A DNA stretch of 58,162 nucleotides from Nitrospirota bacterium (GTDB taxonomy: Bacteria > Nitrospirota > Nitrospiria > Nitrospirales > Nitrospiraceae). The stretch covers positions 1 through 58,162 of the forward strand of contig JAPLLI010000064.1 in assembly GCA_026387615.1 (NCBI GenBank), read 5' to 3'. Both the position numbers and the translations under genes were made by a program. Numbering within the stretch: position 1 is the first letter of the stretch; each line of letters starts with the position of its first letter. Shown here piece after piece: positions 34,871 through 43,978 of this stretch. Below the pieces are notes generated by a model. It was not told the DNA's origin, searched no databases, and saw nothing but the letters and a program-made list of their open reading frames with translations.

Positions 34871-35201
34871 CTCTCCCCCCAAAAATGGCAGCTGGAACCA
34901 ACCTCTCCTACGAGCAAGCGGTATGCCGCTACCTTCACCGTGGCGCACGGTTGCAACCTCTTGATAAAGCACGGCCCCAATCGATTCCGTCACGGCCGGT
35001 TGGCGATTTTCGGTCTCAGGGAACAATTTTCGCCTCTCTATCCGGGCGATGCACCAATCACGCAGGCCCCCCAGACCAACAGGAGCGACCCCCTACAGTC
35101 CAAGATCCCGCTGGATGAATGCCGCAAGACGACCAAAAGACTGGAGAGGAGGAAGGAGACTGAGATCGAAAAGGGGGGACGTTTCGGAGCGAACCCTGGG
35201 C

Positions 35202-37010
35202 CTATTTCAGCGCAACGGCTTTGACTTGGCGATAGGTAGTGAGTCCCTGCAGCACCTTTCGGATACCGTCTTGAACCAATGTGACCATCCCCTCTTTCCT
35301 CGCCAGGGCCAGCATCTCGGCCGTTCGCGAGCGAGTCTGGATGAGCTCTTTCATATTATCTGAAGGGAGCAGCAACTCATGGAGGGGCACTCGCCCCTTG
35401 AAGCCTGTTTGATTGCAGGCCTCGCAGCCTCGCCCGCGGTATAGACGCCAATCCCCGCAATACTCAATGCCGACTGTGGCCCAGGCCTGCGCGCCATAGC
35501 CCTGCATTAGCTCGTCGTATTCCTGCCGGCTGGGATGATAGGCCTCTGTGCACTGGCCACAGATCCGTTTACAGAGGCGCTGGGCGAGCACGCCCAGCAT
35601 CACGTCGGCAAAGTTGAACGAATCGCAGCCGAGATCCAATAGACGGATCACCGTTTCAACCGCGCTGTTCGTATGGAGGGTGCTGAGCACCAAGTGCCCC
35701 GTCAGCGACGCCTCAATGGCGATGTCGGCCGTTTCCTTGTCCCGCATCTCGCCGATCATGATGACGTCCGGGTCGGCGCGCAGAAAGGCCCGCATCGCCG
35801 CGGCGAAGGTCAACTCGATCTTCGGGTGGACCTGAATCTGGCGGAGCCCCTCCTGGATAATTTCAATGGGGTCTTCGGCCGTCCAAATCTTTCGTTCGTC
35901 TGTATTGAGATGTTTCAGGATGGCATGCAAGGTCGTCGTTTTGCCGGACCCGGTCGGGCCGACACACAAAATCATTCCATGCGGTTTATCCGCGATCATT
36001 CGAATGGCCTGCAACGTGGCAGGGGCAAATTCCATCGCCTCAAGCGACATCGGCTGCTTGGCCGTCAAGAGGCGTAACACCACATCTTCGTCCTGCCCTG
36101 AAGTCGGCAGGGTCGCGACGCGTACGTCAAGCTCCCGATCCTTCGCCAGGCGATACCGGATCTTGCCATCTTGGGGTTTGCGCCGTTCGGCGATATCGAG
36201 ATTGGCCATGACCTTAATGCGTGACACGACGGCGCGCCGATAGGCTGCGGGAATCTTCATATAGGTGAAGCAGGTGCCATCTACGCGCAAACGCACCGCC
36301 ATGTCTTTACGATCCGCATAGGGTTCGAGGTGAATATCCGACGCGCCAAGCCGGTCGGCTTCGACGATCACCTGGTTGGTCAGCCTTACGATGGCTGAGT
36401 CATTCTCATCGATTCCTCCGGCGACGGGATCAACGGCTGGCTTACGAGGGATGTCATTGACCAGCTCACCGAGGATCGCGCCGATGGATCCGCTGGCTCC
36501 CTGCCCCGTCGCTACATGGAGAAACTGTTCGATGTCCCGGCGCAGACCGACGGCGTAGCGGATAGTCATACCGGGAAAGGCGCGCCGCACATCCCAGCCC
36601 TTGTCGAGATCGTGCGGATCGCTGGTGAGCACATCGATCAATGAACCTCGACGAGCGATCGGCAGCCAGAGATTCTTCTTGAGATAATCGAGGTTGAGCG
36701 TTTTCAACAGATCGACATCGATGACCGTTCGTTCGTCGTAGGGCAGGTACGGGCATTGATAGAAATCGCTCAAGGCGGATCCAATCGCGTCCTTCGGCAC
36801 ACGGTAGCGGTCGAGGAGTACCGTTTCGAGATCGAGGCTGCCATCCCGCGAATCCTCTACCGCGGTCAGCACATCGGCCTGACCGATGATCCCGCGGTGG
36901 ACCAGCGCGTCCAGCACATTCTGTTCAATCGTGCGAGAGGGCTTGATCCCGCGGCTCCCCTCCGTCTTGCTCCCCCTTCTGCCGCTCAGAATATCGGTCT
37001 CAACGGCCAT
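35202..37010 (-). CDS. pilB: Type IV pilus / T2SS assembly ATPase (PilB/GspE family)
   Basis: T2SSE_N-like N-domain, Walker A GPTGSGKTTT, GEMRD, and a tetra-Cys Zn site (CKRICGQC ... GCEACNQTG) typical of extension ATPases. Start at ATG 37010 with a GAGGGA RBS. Confidence 0.9.
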   Translation of the reverse strand: MAVETDILSGRRGSKTEGSRGIKPSRTIEQNVLDALVHRGIIGQADVLTAVEDSRDGSLDLETVLLDRYRVPKDAIGSALSDFYQCPYLPYDERTVIDVDLLKTLNLDYLKKNLWLPIARRGSLIDVLTSDPHDLDKGWDVRRAFPGMTIRYAVGLRRDIEQFLHVATGQGASGSIGAILGELVNDIPRKPAVDPVAGGIDENDSAIVRLTNQVIVEADRLGASDIHLEPYADRKDMAVRLRVDGTCFTYMKIPAAYRRAVVSRIKVMANLDIAERRKPQDGKIRYRLAKDRELDVRVATLPTSGQDEDVVLRLLTAKQPMSLEAMEFAPATLQAIRMIADKPHGMILCVGPTGSGKTTTLHAILKHLNTDERKIWTAEDPIEIIQEGLRQIQVHPKIELTFAAAMRAFLRADPDVIMIGEMRDKETADIAIEASLTGHLVLSTLHTNSAVETVIRLLDLGCDSFNFADVMLGVLAQRLCKRICGQCTEAYHPSRQEYDELMQGYGAQAWATVGIEYCGDWRLYRGRGCEACNQTGFKGRVPLHELLLPSDNMKELIQTRSRTAEMLALARKEGMVTLVQDGIRKVLQGLTTYRQVKAVALK

Positions 37011-37033
37011 ACCGGATCCCTCATTCCACCAAC

Positions 37034-38521
37034 CTAATATTTTGCCAACCAAGTTCCCGGCGCTCGATACACCACCGGAACTCCCCGAAAGAGTCCCTGA
37101 GCTAAATCGACGTTGTACCAGACCTCAGCTACCGTTCCCGCAACAGCTGCCGAGACCGTATTCCCTGCCATCACGGCTCCATATACGCGGGTAGACCGTT
37201 CAAGCCTGATGGTCCCGGCGGCATACAACACTCCATTCACGTGAATGCCTGATAGCTGCACCGGCACCCTCGCGCCCAGCTGGTTCGTCCCCTCCGGTGA
37301 GGGGCTCAAGGCCGGAACAGATTTCCCCATCGCACGGGGCCTAAGCGCTACGTGGCCTTGCACGACCAGCAGCCCTTCGAAATAGTCCGTATCCAGGACC
37401 AACGTGCCCAGGTTGTCTAGGCCAGGAGCTTCTCCGTCAACTGTATCGATGAACACAAGTCCATGGTGGCTGCCAACTGCGGGAGACTCGAGGATCTCCG
37501 CCGGAGCTAATCCTTGATCCGACTCTAGCTCCCCTAGAGGATGGAGTCGCCCGGAACGATCCAGCCGATAGTAACTGCCGAATTGCAGCGCGACCTTCTT
37601 CAACGGCTCATAGTCCCATCGGTCGAGCCGGACACCGGGCGTCGGGTCTTGATGCGCATAAACGTTCGCGGGAAGCGAAAGGCTCGCTCCCTGGCTGGGC
37701 GGTGGAGATGAGACGAAGACAGAACCGCCGACCCAATAGTCGGCCCATCGATCCTGCGCTTCGATCATTGGGTCATAGGCCTGGCCGGTAATCGGGGCTG
37801 TACTATTCTTGTGCGCAAGGTCCTCCACTCGCTTCACGGCAAGATCCCTCACCACCAATTGATCCCCCCAATGCACCAGCACGGGAGATTCACCACCTGG
37901 CAACACCGTTCCAAGCGCCTGTCCAACTTGCACCGCCGCGCGGACTGCGGGAATCGTCACGGCCCCAAACTGCAGCTGAACGGTTCGTGCGACCGGCGGG
38001 CGATTAACCGTCGTGGCCGTGACCTCAACCGTGCTCAACAGGCCTGGCTGCAGGGGGCCATACACTTTCAGCCGCAGCAGGCGACCAAGCCCTCTCAGAA
38101 CATTGGAGAAGCCGCCGGGAGAAACATTGAGTGCCTGATTGTCCGCTTGGTTCGCCGCATCAAGGAAGATGTCGGGGCGATCAGCCGTCCCGACAAACTG
38201 CGAACGGCCGGCTCCATCAAAAAATGAGGGCCCGCTAGCGAGATCTCCCTGGCGCTTCGCGAGCAAGCCAGCCACTGACGGCGGCATCGTACTCGGATCA
38301 TGAAACCAACTCATCACGAGATCCGCTCCCGCGTCAGCCAACTGCTGCGCAACCCTGTCTTCTTTCATGGCACTGACACCGGGGCCATCCTGAGCGGCCA
38401 AATGCAGAGAGGTCATGCTGGCGATTCCCAGCAACAAGATCAGCATCAGTGCCGTGGGAAGCACGTGTCCCTTGTGGCACAGACCTAGGGGGCCTGACAC
38501 TTGCCGTTCTCCTCTGCCCAT
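37034..38521 (-). CDS. Large PilX/GspK-like pseudopilin-module protein of unknown fold
   Basis: N-terminal hydrophobic helix LPTALMLILLLGIASMTSLHLAA without Glu5, as in PilX and GspK. It occupies the fourth position of an H-I-J-K-like set. The remaining ~450 aa show no recognisable motif. Confidence 0.45.
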   Translation of the reverse strand: MGRGERQVSGPLGLCHKGHVLPTALMLILLLGIASMTSLHLAAQDGPGVSAMKEDRVAQQLADAGADLVMSWFHDPSTMPPSVAGLLAKRQGDLASGPSFFDGAGRSQFVGTADRPDIFLDAANQADNQALNVSPGGFSNVLRGLGRLLRLKVYGPLQPGLLSTVEVTATTVNRPPVARTVQLQFGAVTIPAVRAAVQVGQALGTVLPGGESPVLVHWGDQLVVRDLAVKRVEDLAHKNSTAPITGQAYDPMIEAQDRWADYWVGGSVFVSSPPPSQGASLSLPANVYAHQDPTPGVRLDRWDYEPLKKVALQFGSYYRLDRSGRLHPLGELESDQGLAPAEILESPAVGSHHGLVFIDTVDGEAPGLDNLGTLVLDTDYFEGLLVVQGHVALRPRAMGKSVPALSPSPEGTNQLGARVPVQLSGIHVNGVLYAAGTIRLERSTRVYGAVMAGNTVSAAVAGTVAEVWYNVDLAQGLFRGVPVVYRAPGTWLAKY

Positions 38522-38558
38522 TCCTCGCTCCCATTTTTAACAGGAGAGTGAAGATGCC

Positions 38559-39323
38559 TTATGTCCTGAGGCTCATATCTCGAACCGCGCGAATCCCTCG
38601 ATCGGACAGCTTCACCTCGACGACCACCAGCCTCACGAGCGCCGGCTCTATTGCAACCTGCCCCTGCTCATCCCAATAGGAGAAGCGCGCCTCCCTGATG
38701 TCTCCCACCAGGACGCTTGCGCCGCCGTCCACCTGCCGCATGAACCTCAAAAGGCCCTGGTCGTCGCGGCGGCTGTAATAGCGGATACGATTCCGAAGGG
38801 AGATGAACGCCCCGGACGGAATGTTCCTGGTCAGCGGCTGCGTCACCGTGAGCCGATGCCGTTGCCCGTCACGAGCCAGCGTCACCGTCTCGCAATGATC
38901 CGTCCAACAAACGATCACGGACTTCCCCTTATCCCACCCTCGCCCGTCTTCGACCGAAAGAACGGTTTGTCCGACTCCCCCCGCCGCCGTAACTATGGTG
39001 GAGAGGCCCTGCAGGTTCGCCGAAAACTCCACCTGGTCCTGCGCCGCCGTGATGAGAGAGCCGGGTTCTGCGAGCCTCAACTCCTGCGCCAGCACGTCCA
39101 ACCCAAGACGAAGATCCTGCTGCTGCGCGACCTCACGTTGTTGCCTCATAAACTGTTGCTGAAAATAGGACAGGCTCTGAAGCGTGGCGCCCAGGATGAT
39201 GAGCCCTGCTGCCATGGCAAACAAAAGTTCGTTCAGACTGGTTCCTGCCTCCATCCACATTCTTTGGCGCTGGCTTCTTGGCACTAGCCCTCTCCAGACC
39301 CTCTCCGTGACGAGTGCCGACAT
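38559..39323 (-). CDS. PilW/GspJ-like pseudopilin
   Basis: AG/TSLNELLFAMAAGLIILGATL...QQQDLRLGLDVLAQELRLA. ATG 39323 lies one nt after the upstream stop (TAACATG). Confidence 0.6.
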   Translation of the reverse strand: MSALVTERVWRGLVPRSQRQRMWMEAGTSLNELLFAMAAGLIILGATLQSLSYFQQQFMRQQREVAQQQDLRLGLDVLAQELRLAEPGSLITAAQDQVEFSANLQGLSTIVTAAGGVGQTVLSVEDGRGWDKGKSVIVCWTDHCETVTLARDGQRHRLTVTQPLTRNIPSGAFISLRNRIRYYSRRDDQGLLRFMRQVDGGASVLVGDIREARFSYWDEQGQVAIEPALVRLVVVEVKLSDRGIRAVRDMSLRT

Positions 39324-39324
39324 G

Positions 39325-39816
39325 TTATTGGCTCCCCACATACAAGGGATTCGCCCGCAGGGTGCCGACTCGCACTTCACGCTGGCCTTCGCTGACTTCA
39401 TAGACTGCACGAGCCTCAAGGGCCACAGACCCTGAAGCTGAGAGAGAATCGGCCCGGCTCGGCGTCACGGTCCAGATCAGATGAACGCCATCCTGGTCCC
39501 AACTCCCTGAGTACATTCCGTCGCCGGCCAGCACATCGCCATCTGCACCATCGTCATGCATGACCAGGTCCGTGACACCATCGTGATTCAAATCATCCAG
39601 CAAGAGCCGATCCCATCGCGCCGCTCGCTTGGCCTCAAGCCTCGACTCAGCCATCGCCAGAGCCCGCGTCGCCAGAACCCCGGCGCGAAGACTCTGTTCT
39701 GCCGCCTGGAATGCCCCCATCGCTCCGGCCAGCCCGACCAGGGTCAGCGCCATAGCGACCAGCACTTCGGCAAAGCTGGCCCCTCCCTCCGCATGAACAA
39801 ATCGTTCAAACATCAT
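39325..39816 (-). CDS. PilV/GspI-like pseudopilin
   Basis: GG/ASFAEVLVAMALTLVGLAGAMGAF with Glu5. Contains an Asp-rich DLNHDGVTDLVMHDDGADGD segment (possible Ca-binding). ATGATGA overlap with the upstream gene. Confidence 0.6.
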   Translation of the reverse strand: MMFERFVHAEGGASFAEVLVAMALTLVGLAGAMGAFQAAEQSLRAGVLATRALAMAESRLEAKRAARWDRLLLDDLNHDGVTDLVMHDDGADGDVLAGDGMYSGSWDQDGVHLIWTVTPSRADSLSASGSVALEARAVYEVSEGQREVRVGTLRANPLYVGSQ

Positions 39817-40262
39817 GAAACGGACACCCTTCCGGTGATGCTCACAGTGAATGTGGTTTCCCGCCCCTGACTATCTCGCAGGCGAATAGTCGTTGGAGTC
39901 GCCGAACGACCGCTGGGATAAAACAGCAGTTCAGGACCGGCGCTTGGCTCCTCCACGACCACCCCCTTATCCCCATAGTAATAGACCTGCAGGAGGCCTT
40001 CGGCATCAGCACGCCTAAGTGTGATGGTGCGGCTCTCCCGGTCGAATATGATTCGAAGGCGCTCCCGCCTGGCCATCGCCAGTTGCCTCGCGAACCGGAG
40101 CTCCGAAGCCATTTCGACTATGGCACTCCGCGCTTGGCCCCTTACAGTCCACGCTTGATAACTCGGCCAGGCCAATGCACTCATGATGCCCGTGATCGTC
40201 AGCACGGTGAGGAGCTCTATCAGGCTCCAACCCTGTTCATTTCCCTGTGGTGTGCTCAGCAT
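39813..40262 (-). CDS. GspH/FimT-family pseudopilin
   Basis: QG/WSLIELLTVLTITGIMSALAWP...EMASELRFARQLAMARRE. Start trimmed to ATG 40262 with a GGAGAGG RBS. Confidence 0.7.
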   Translation of the reverse strand: MLSTPQGNEQGWSLIELLTVLTITGIMSALAWPSYQAWTVRGQARSAIVEMASELRFARQLAMARRERLRIIFDRESRTITLRRADAEGLLQVYYYGDKGVVVEEPSAGPELLFYPSGRSATPTTIRLRDSQGRETTFTVSITGRVSVS

Positions 40263-40507
40263 TGGCCTCTCCAGGACAATCTTCCATAGGCGAAGCAACT
40301 GGCCTCCAAAACCTATGCCTACGCTGATCCAGGCCACACGACAGAATCTTTCCGTGAAAATGGCACCTGAATACTTCGCAAATTCGCAGGGTTTTACGTA
40401 GCAATGAGGAGACAGGAAGGGAGCAGACCTAGCGCAGCCCAAGGGATTGGGGCGAAGCACTCACGATTTAGATACAGGGGCTCGCCAGAAGAGATACAGG
40501 AAAGCTG

Positions 40508-41290
40508 TTAGGAGCCAAACCCGAGGAGACCTTGATACCAATCAAGAAGAGACTGGGTGAAAAACATGGAGAGGAGCGCGCCCAATACCAGAAAGGGGCC
40601 AAAGGGAATATAGTCATCCCGCTTCATAAAGCGCAGGGCGATCAAGCTGATCCCGATCACGGACCCGGCAAGCGAACCGATCATGATCGTCAGCAAGGCA
40701 GGCTTCCACCCAAGAAACGATCCGACCATCGCTACGAGCTTAATATCGCCACCCCCCATCCCCTCCTTGCCGAAGAGATAGGGACTCAGCCAGGCCAGGA
40801 GCCAAAGAATCCCGCCTCCCATGGCCACGCCAAGCAACGCATTGATGAACCCAACCGGCAGGACCGTGGCCGCGCCAAGAAGACCGATGGCCAATCCTGG
40901 GAGGGTAATCACATTCGGAATGATTTTATGGGTGAGGTCTGTTCCCGTCACGACGACCAGGGCGGAAAACAACAGGGCGTAGAGAACAGACGTCCAACCG
41001 GGACCAAAAGACCAGAAGATTGCAAGATAGCCCAGCGCATTAGTGGCTTCAACGAGGGGATAGCGTAGCGAAATTAACGCACGGCACGACCGGCATCGTC
41101 CACCCAGCCACAGGTAGCTGACCAACGGGATATTGTCGTAGGACGCAATCGGATGAGCACAGGCAGGGCAATGGGAGCCGGGCCAGGCGATCGATTCGCC
41201 TCGCGGCAGCCTGAAGATGCAGACATTGAGAAAGCTGCCAATCAGCGCGCCGATTACCCCGACTGAGAGAAAGAGAAACCCTTCATGCAT
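40508..41290 (-). CDS. pilD: Prepilin peptidase / N-methyltransferase PilD (A24 family)
   Basis: CPACAHPIASYDNIPLVSYLWLGGRCRSCRALIS Zn-finger region and the catalytic Asp contexts (TGTDL..., GGGDIKL). Confidence 0.9.
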   Translation of the reverse strand: MHEGFLFLSVGVIGALIGSFLNVCIFRLPRGESIAWPGSHCPACAHPIASYDNIPLVSYLWLGGRCRSCRALISLRYPLVEATNALGYLAIFWSFGPGWTSVLYALLFSALVVVTGTDLTHKIIPNVITLPGLAIGLLGAATVLPVGFINALLGVAMGGGILWLLAWLSPYLFGKEGMGGGDIKLVAMVGSFLGWKPALLTIMIGSLAGSVIGISLIALRFMKRDDYIPFGPFLVLGALLSMFFTQSLLDWYQGLLGFGS

Positions 41291-41456
41291 AATCCACTCA
41301 ACTACGTATCTATACTAGGGCCATTATCCCACAATTTACTTATAGTGAGACTACTAGTAGAATTCACTTCGTCGGCAGAAATAGTTTTCTGCTTACATAT
41401 TTCCTAGACAACGTAACTGAACTCATAATAATTCATCTTCAAAGGAGCACACTACT

Positions 41457-41741
41457 ATGGCACCAACCGCACGGCCGACAAAAGCAAAAACAAAAACCTC
41501 CTGGGCCAACGTCACCCCGCCCCCTCGCAAGAAGCGGCCTGAGTCGCTGACGAGCCGGGAGCAGGAGATCCTTGAACTGATTTGGGCCGGATTCAAAAAT
41601 AAAGAAGTCGGTCAGCGGCTCAAGATCAGCGTGAAGACCGTCGAGGCGCACCGGGCCAACATGATGAAAAAGATGCGCGTGTCCAACACCGCTCAACTGA
41701 TCAAAACCGCGATCCAGGACGGAACGATCAAGATTCGCTAG
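41457..41741 (+). CDS. Stand-alone LuxR/GerE-type HTH regulator (94 aa)
   Basis: LTSREQEILELIWAGFKNKEVGQRLKISVKTVEAHRANMMKKM. AAAGGAG RBS. It is divergent from pilD across an AT-rich spacer. Confidence 0.85.
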   Translation: MAPTARPTKAKTKTSWANVTPPPRKKRPESLTSREQEILELIWAGFKNKEVGQRLKISVKTVEAHRANMMKKMRVSNTAQLIKTAIQDGTIKIR

Positions 41742-42573
41742 GTTTCGCCGCTGGCGCCGCGATTCGGCGGCGCTGGCGGACCGCTTCAAACAATGTGACG
41801 GCTGCGGCAGCCGAAACATTCAACGACTGCACCTTCCCCAGCATCGGGATTCTGATCCGGCCATCGCATTCCCCCAGCACTCCAGGACGGATGCCTTCTC
41901 CTTCTCCGCCCAGCACCAGCGCAATCGGCCCGGTCATGTCGATATCGGTGTGGAGCTGCTCCGCCTGTGGATCGACCCCATAGACCCAGAGGCCCTTCTC
42001 TTTGAGATCCTGAATCAGACGAACCAGATTCGCCACGCACCCGACGTGGATGTGATCAATCGCCCCGGCCGAGACCTTCGCCACCACCGGCGTCAGGCCG
42101 ACTGCGCGACGTTCCGGAATGAAGACCCCATGGACACCAGCCGCTTCGGCCGTCCGCAGGACCGCGCCTAAATTGTGCGGATCTTCGACCCCGTCAAGGA
42201 GTACCAGAAGAGGCTTCTCCCCTCGCGACTTGGCCAGGCCGAGAATCTGCTCTGTCGTGCTAAACGATTTCGCCGCAATGAATGCAATCACGCCCTGGTG
42301 GTTTCCAGTCGGCACCAATCGCGCAAAGGCGGGAGGGGGTTCGATGTGAACAGGCACCCGCTTGACCTTCGCCAGTTGCACGAGATCGTGAAATTGCCGA
42401 TCGGTGCGCAGCAGGAGCAGCCGCTGCAATGGACGTGTGCCGGCACGCAACGCTTCGCGCACGGCATGCAGCCCGTAAATCAGGTCCTGAGGACTATCGC
42501 TTCCAGCGGCTGGTGCCGTCGGGCTTGTCCTCGATAACGATGCCGCGGGAGGCGAGAGATTTTCTGATCTCAT
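41728..42573 (-). CDS. rlmB: 23S rRNA (guanosine-2'-O)-methyltransferase RlmB (SpoU/TrmH family)
   Basis: IYGLHAVREAL, LLVLLDGVEDPHNLGAVLRTAEAAGV, SLNVSAAAAV. The start is uncertain (ATGs at 42654, 42642, 42606 and 42573), and every option overlaps the cysS 3' end. Confidence 0.8.
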   Translation of the reverse strand: MRSENLSPPAASLSRTSPTAPAAGSDSPQDLIYGLHAVREALRAGTRPLQRLLLLRTDRQFHDLVQLAKVKRVPVHIEPPPAFARLVPTGNHQGVIAFIAAKSFSTTEQILGLAKSRGEKPLLVLLDGVEDPHNLGAVLRTAEAAGVHGVFIPERRAVGLTPVVAKVSAGAIDHIHVGCVANLVRLIQDLKEKGLWVYGVDPQAEQLHTDIDMTGPIALVLGGEGEGIRPGVLGECDGRIRIPMLGKVQSLNVSAAAAVTLFEAVRQRRRIAAPAAKPSES

Positions 42574-43972
42574 CGGCCTGCGCAAAATTCTTCTTCTTTT
42601 TTGCATCGAGACGCTCCGCAATCTGTTGTTCAATCTGCTCATCCGAGAGCTCACTTACCATGCCACGACCCTCACTATCCGTAAGGCCCACGGCGACACC
42701 TCCGGACCGTGGCTTATCGACGAACTGCCACGCATCCAACTGCAGCAATCCCAGGCTCGCGCCGAGCGATCGGAATTCCGACCGGGCAATCTTCCGCGCC
42801 TCCGTCGAGAGGCCCAGGCTCAGCAATTTATTCACGTCGCTTTTCAATCGCTGCAATTCCGCGATGGCCACTGATGTGTTGAGGTCATCGTCCATCGCCT
42901 CGCGGAATGCCGCTCTGCATCGCTCAATCGCTTCCATCAGCCCCTTGTCAGCCGTGGTTCTTTCCTCTGGCTCAGCCAGTCGTTTTACCAGGAGATCATA
43001 GAACCCATTCAACGCCGTCTTCGCTTCCTCTATGCTCTTGTCTGAAAAGTCCAATGGACTCCGGTAATGGGTCCCGAGGAGAAAATACCGCAACATCTCG
43101 CCGGTTTCATCCTCAGGCCATTTGGATTTTTCGAAGATCTCGCGGATCGTGAAGAAGTTCCCCAGGGACTTGGACATCTTCTCCTGGTTGATCTGCACAA
43201 ACCCGTTGTGGATCCAATATCGCGCAAATTCTTTCCCGGTGGCGCCGCAAGACTGGGCGATTTCGTTTTCGTGATGAGGGAAAATGAGATCCATCCCCCC
43301 GCCATGAATATCGAAGGTCTCGCCCAAATGCCGCATCGCCATGGCGGAACATTCGATATGCCAGCCAGGACGCCCTGGCCCCCAGGGACTCTCCCAGGAG
43401 GGCTCTCCAGGCTTACTGCCCTTCCAGAGCGCGAAATCCATCGGATGGCGTTTCCGCTCATCCACATCCACCCGCGCGCCGGCCTGCAAATCCTCGAGTT
43501 TCCGCTTCGAGAGGCGGCCATAGTCCCGATACTTCTCGACTTGGAAGTAGACATCGCCATCCACGGGATAGGCCAGGCCCTTTTGGATCAGCGAGCTGAC
43601 CAGCTCAATGATCTCGGCCATATGCTCGGTGGCCTTTGGCTCATTCGTCGCCCGTCTAACCCCGAGCTTCCCCATGTCCTGATAGTAGGCCTCGATGAAC
43701 TCAGCCGTGATGGTCTCGCAGGAGACGCCCCGCTCGTTCGCCCGTTTGATGATCTTGTCGTCCACATCGGTGAAGTTCTTGACGAATTCAACCTGGTAAT
43801 CGCTGAACTCCAGATAGCGCCGGATCACATCGAAGACGAGCGCGCTGCGCGCATGGCCGATATGGCAATAGTCGTAGACCGTCACGCCGCAGACATACAT
43901 CCTGACGGTCTTCGGCTGGAGCGAGTGGAACGGCTCCTTCTTCCCCGTAAGCGTGTTGTAGATCGACAGCAT
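42494..43972 (-). CDS. cysS: Cysteine--tRNA ligase
   Basis: MYVCGVTVYDYCHIGHAR (HIGH region), KMSKSLGN (KMSKS) and GWHIECSAM. Confidence 0.95.
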   Translation of the reverse strand: MLSIYNTLTGKKEPFHSLQPKTVRMYVCGVTVYDYCHIGHARSALVFDVIRRYLEFSDYQVEFVKNFTDVDDKIIKRANERGVSCETITAEFIEAYYQDMGKLGVRRATNEPKATEHMAEIIELVSSLIQKGLAYPVDGDVYFQVEKYRDYGRLSKRKLEDLQAGARVDVDERKRHPMDFALWKGSKPGEPSWESPWGPGRPGWHIECSAMAMRHLGETFDIHGGGMDLIFPHHENEIAQSCGATGKEFARYWIHNGFVQINQEKMSKSLGNFFTIREIFEKSKWPEDETGEMLRYFLLGTHYRSPLDFSDKSIEEAKTALNGFYDLLVKRLAEPEERTTADKGLMEAIERCRAAFREAMDDDLNTSVAIAELQRLKSDVNKLLSLGLSTEARKIARSEFRSLGASLGLLQLDAWQFVDKPRSGGVAVGLTDSEGRGMVSELSDEQIEQQIAERLDAKKKKNFAQADEIRKSLASRGIVIEDKPDGTSRWKR

Positions 43973-43978
43973 GGCTGG

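Noticed and set aside
34941-34955. Sigma54-like TGGCGC-N4-TTGCA upstream region between pilB and fimT
   Set aside because: It lies on the plus strand, whereas the pilin genes are on the minus strand. The spacer is one nucleotide too short for a -24/-12 promoter. A second TGGCAC at about 40365 also lacks a -12 GC at the correct spacing and is on the wrong strand.
35202-37010. c-di-GMP-binding MshEN motif in the PilB N-terminal domain
   Set aside because: The N-domain is T2SSE_N-like, but I cannot find the leading RLGxx element of the 24-residue MshEN motif by eye. This needs a profile search and is not asserted.
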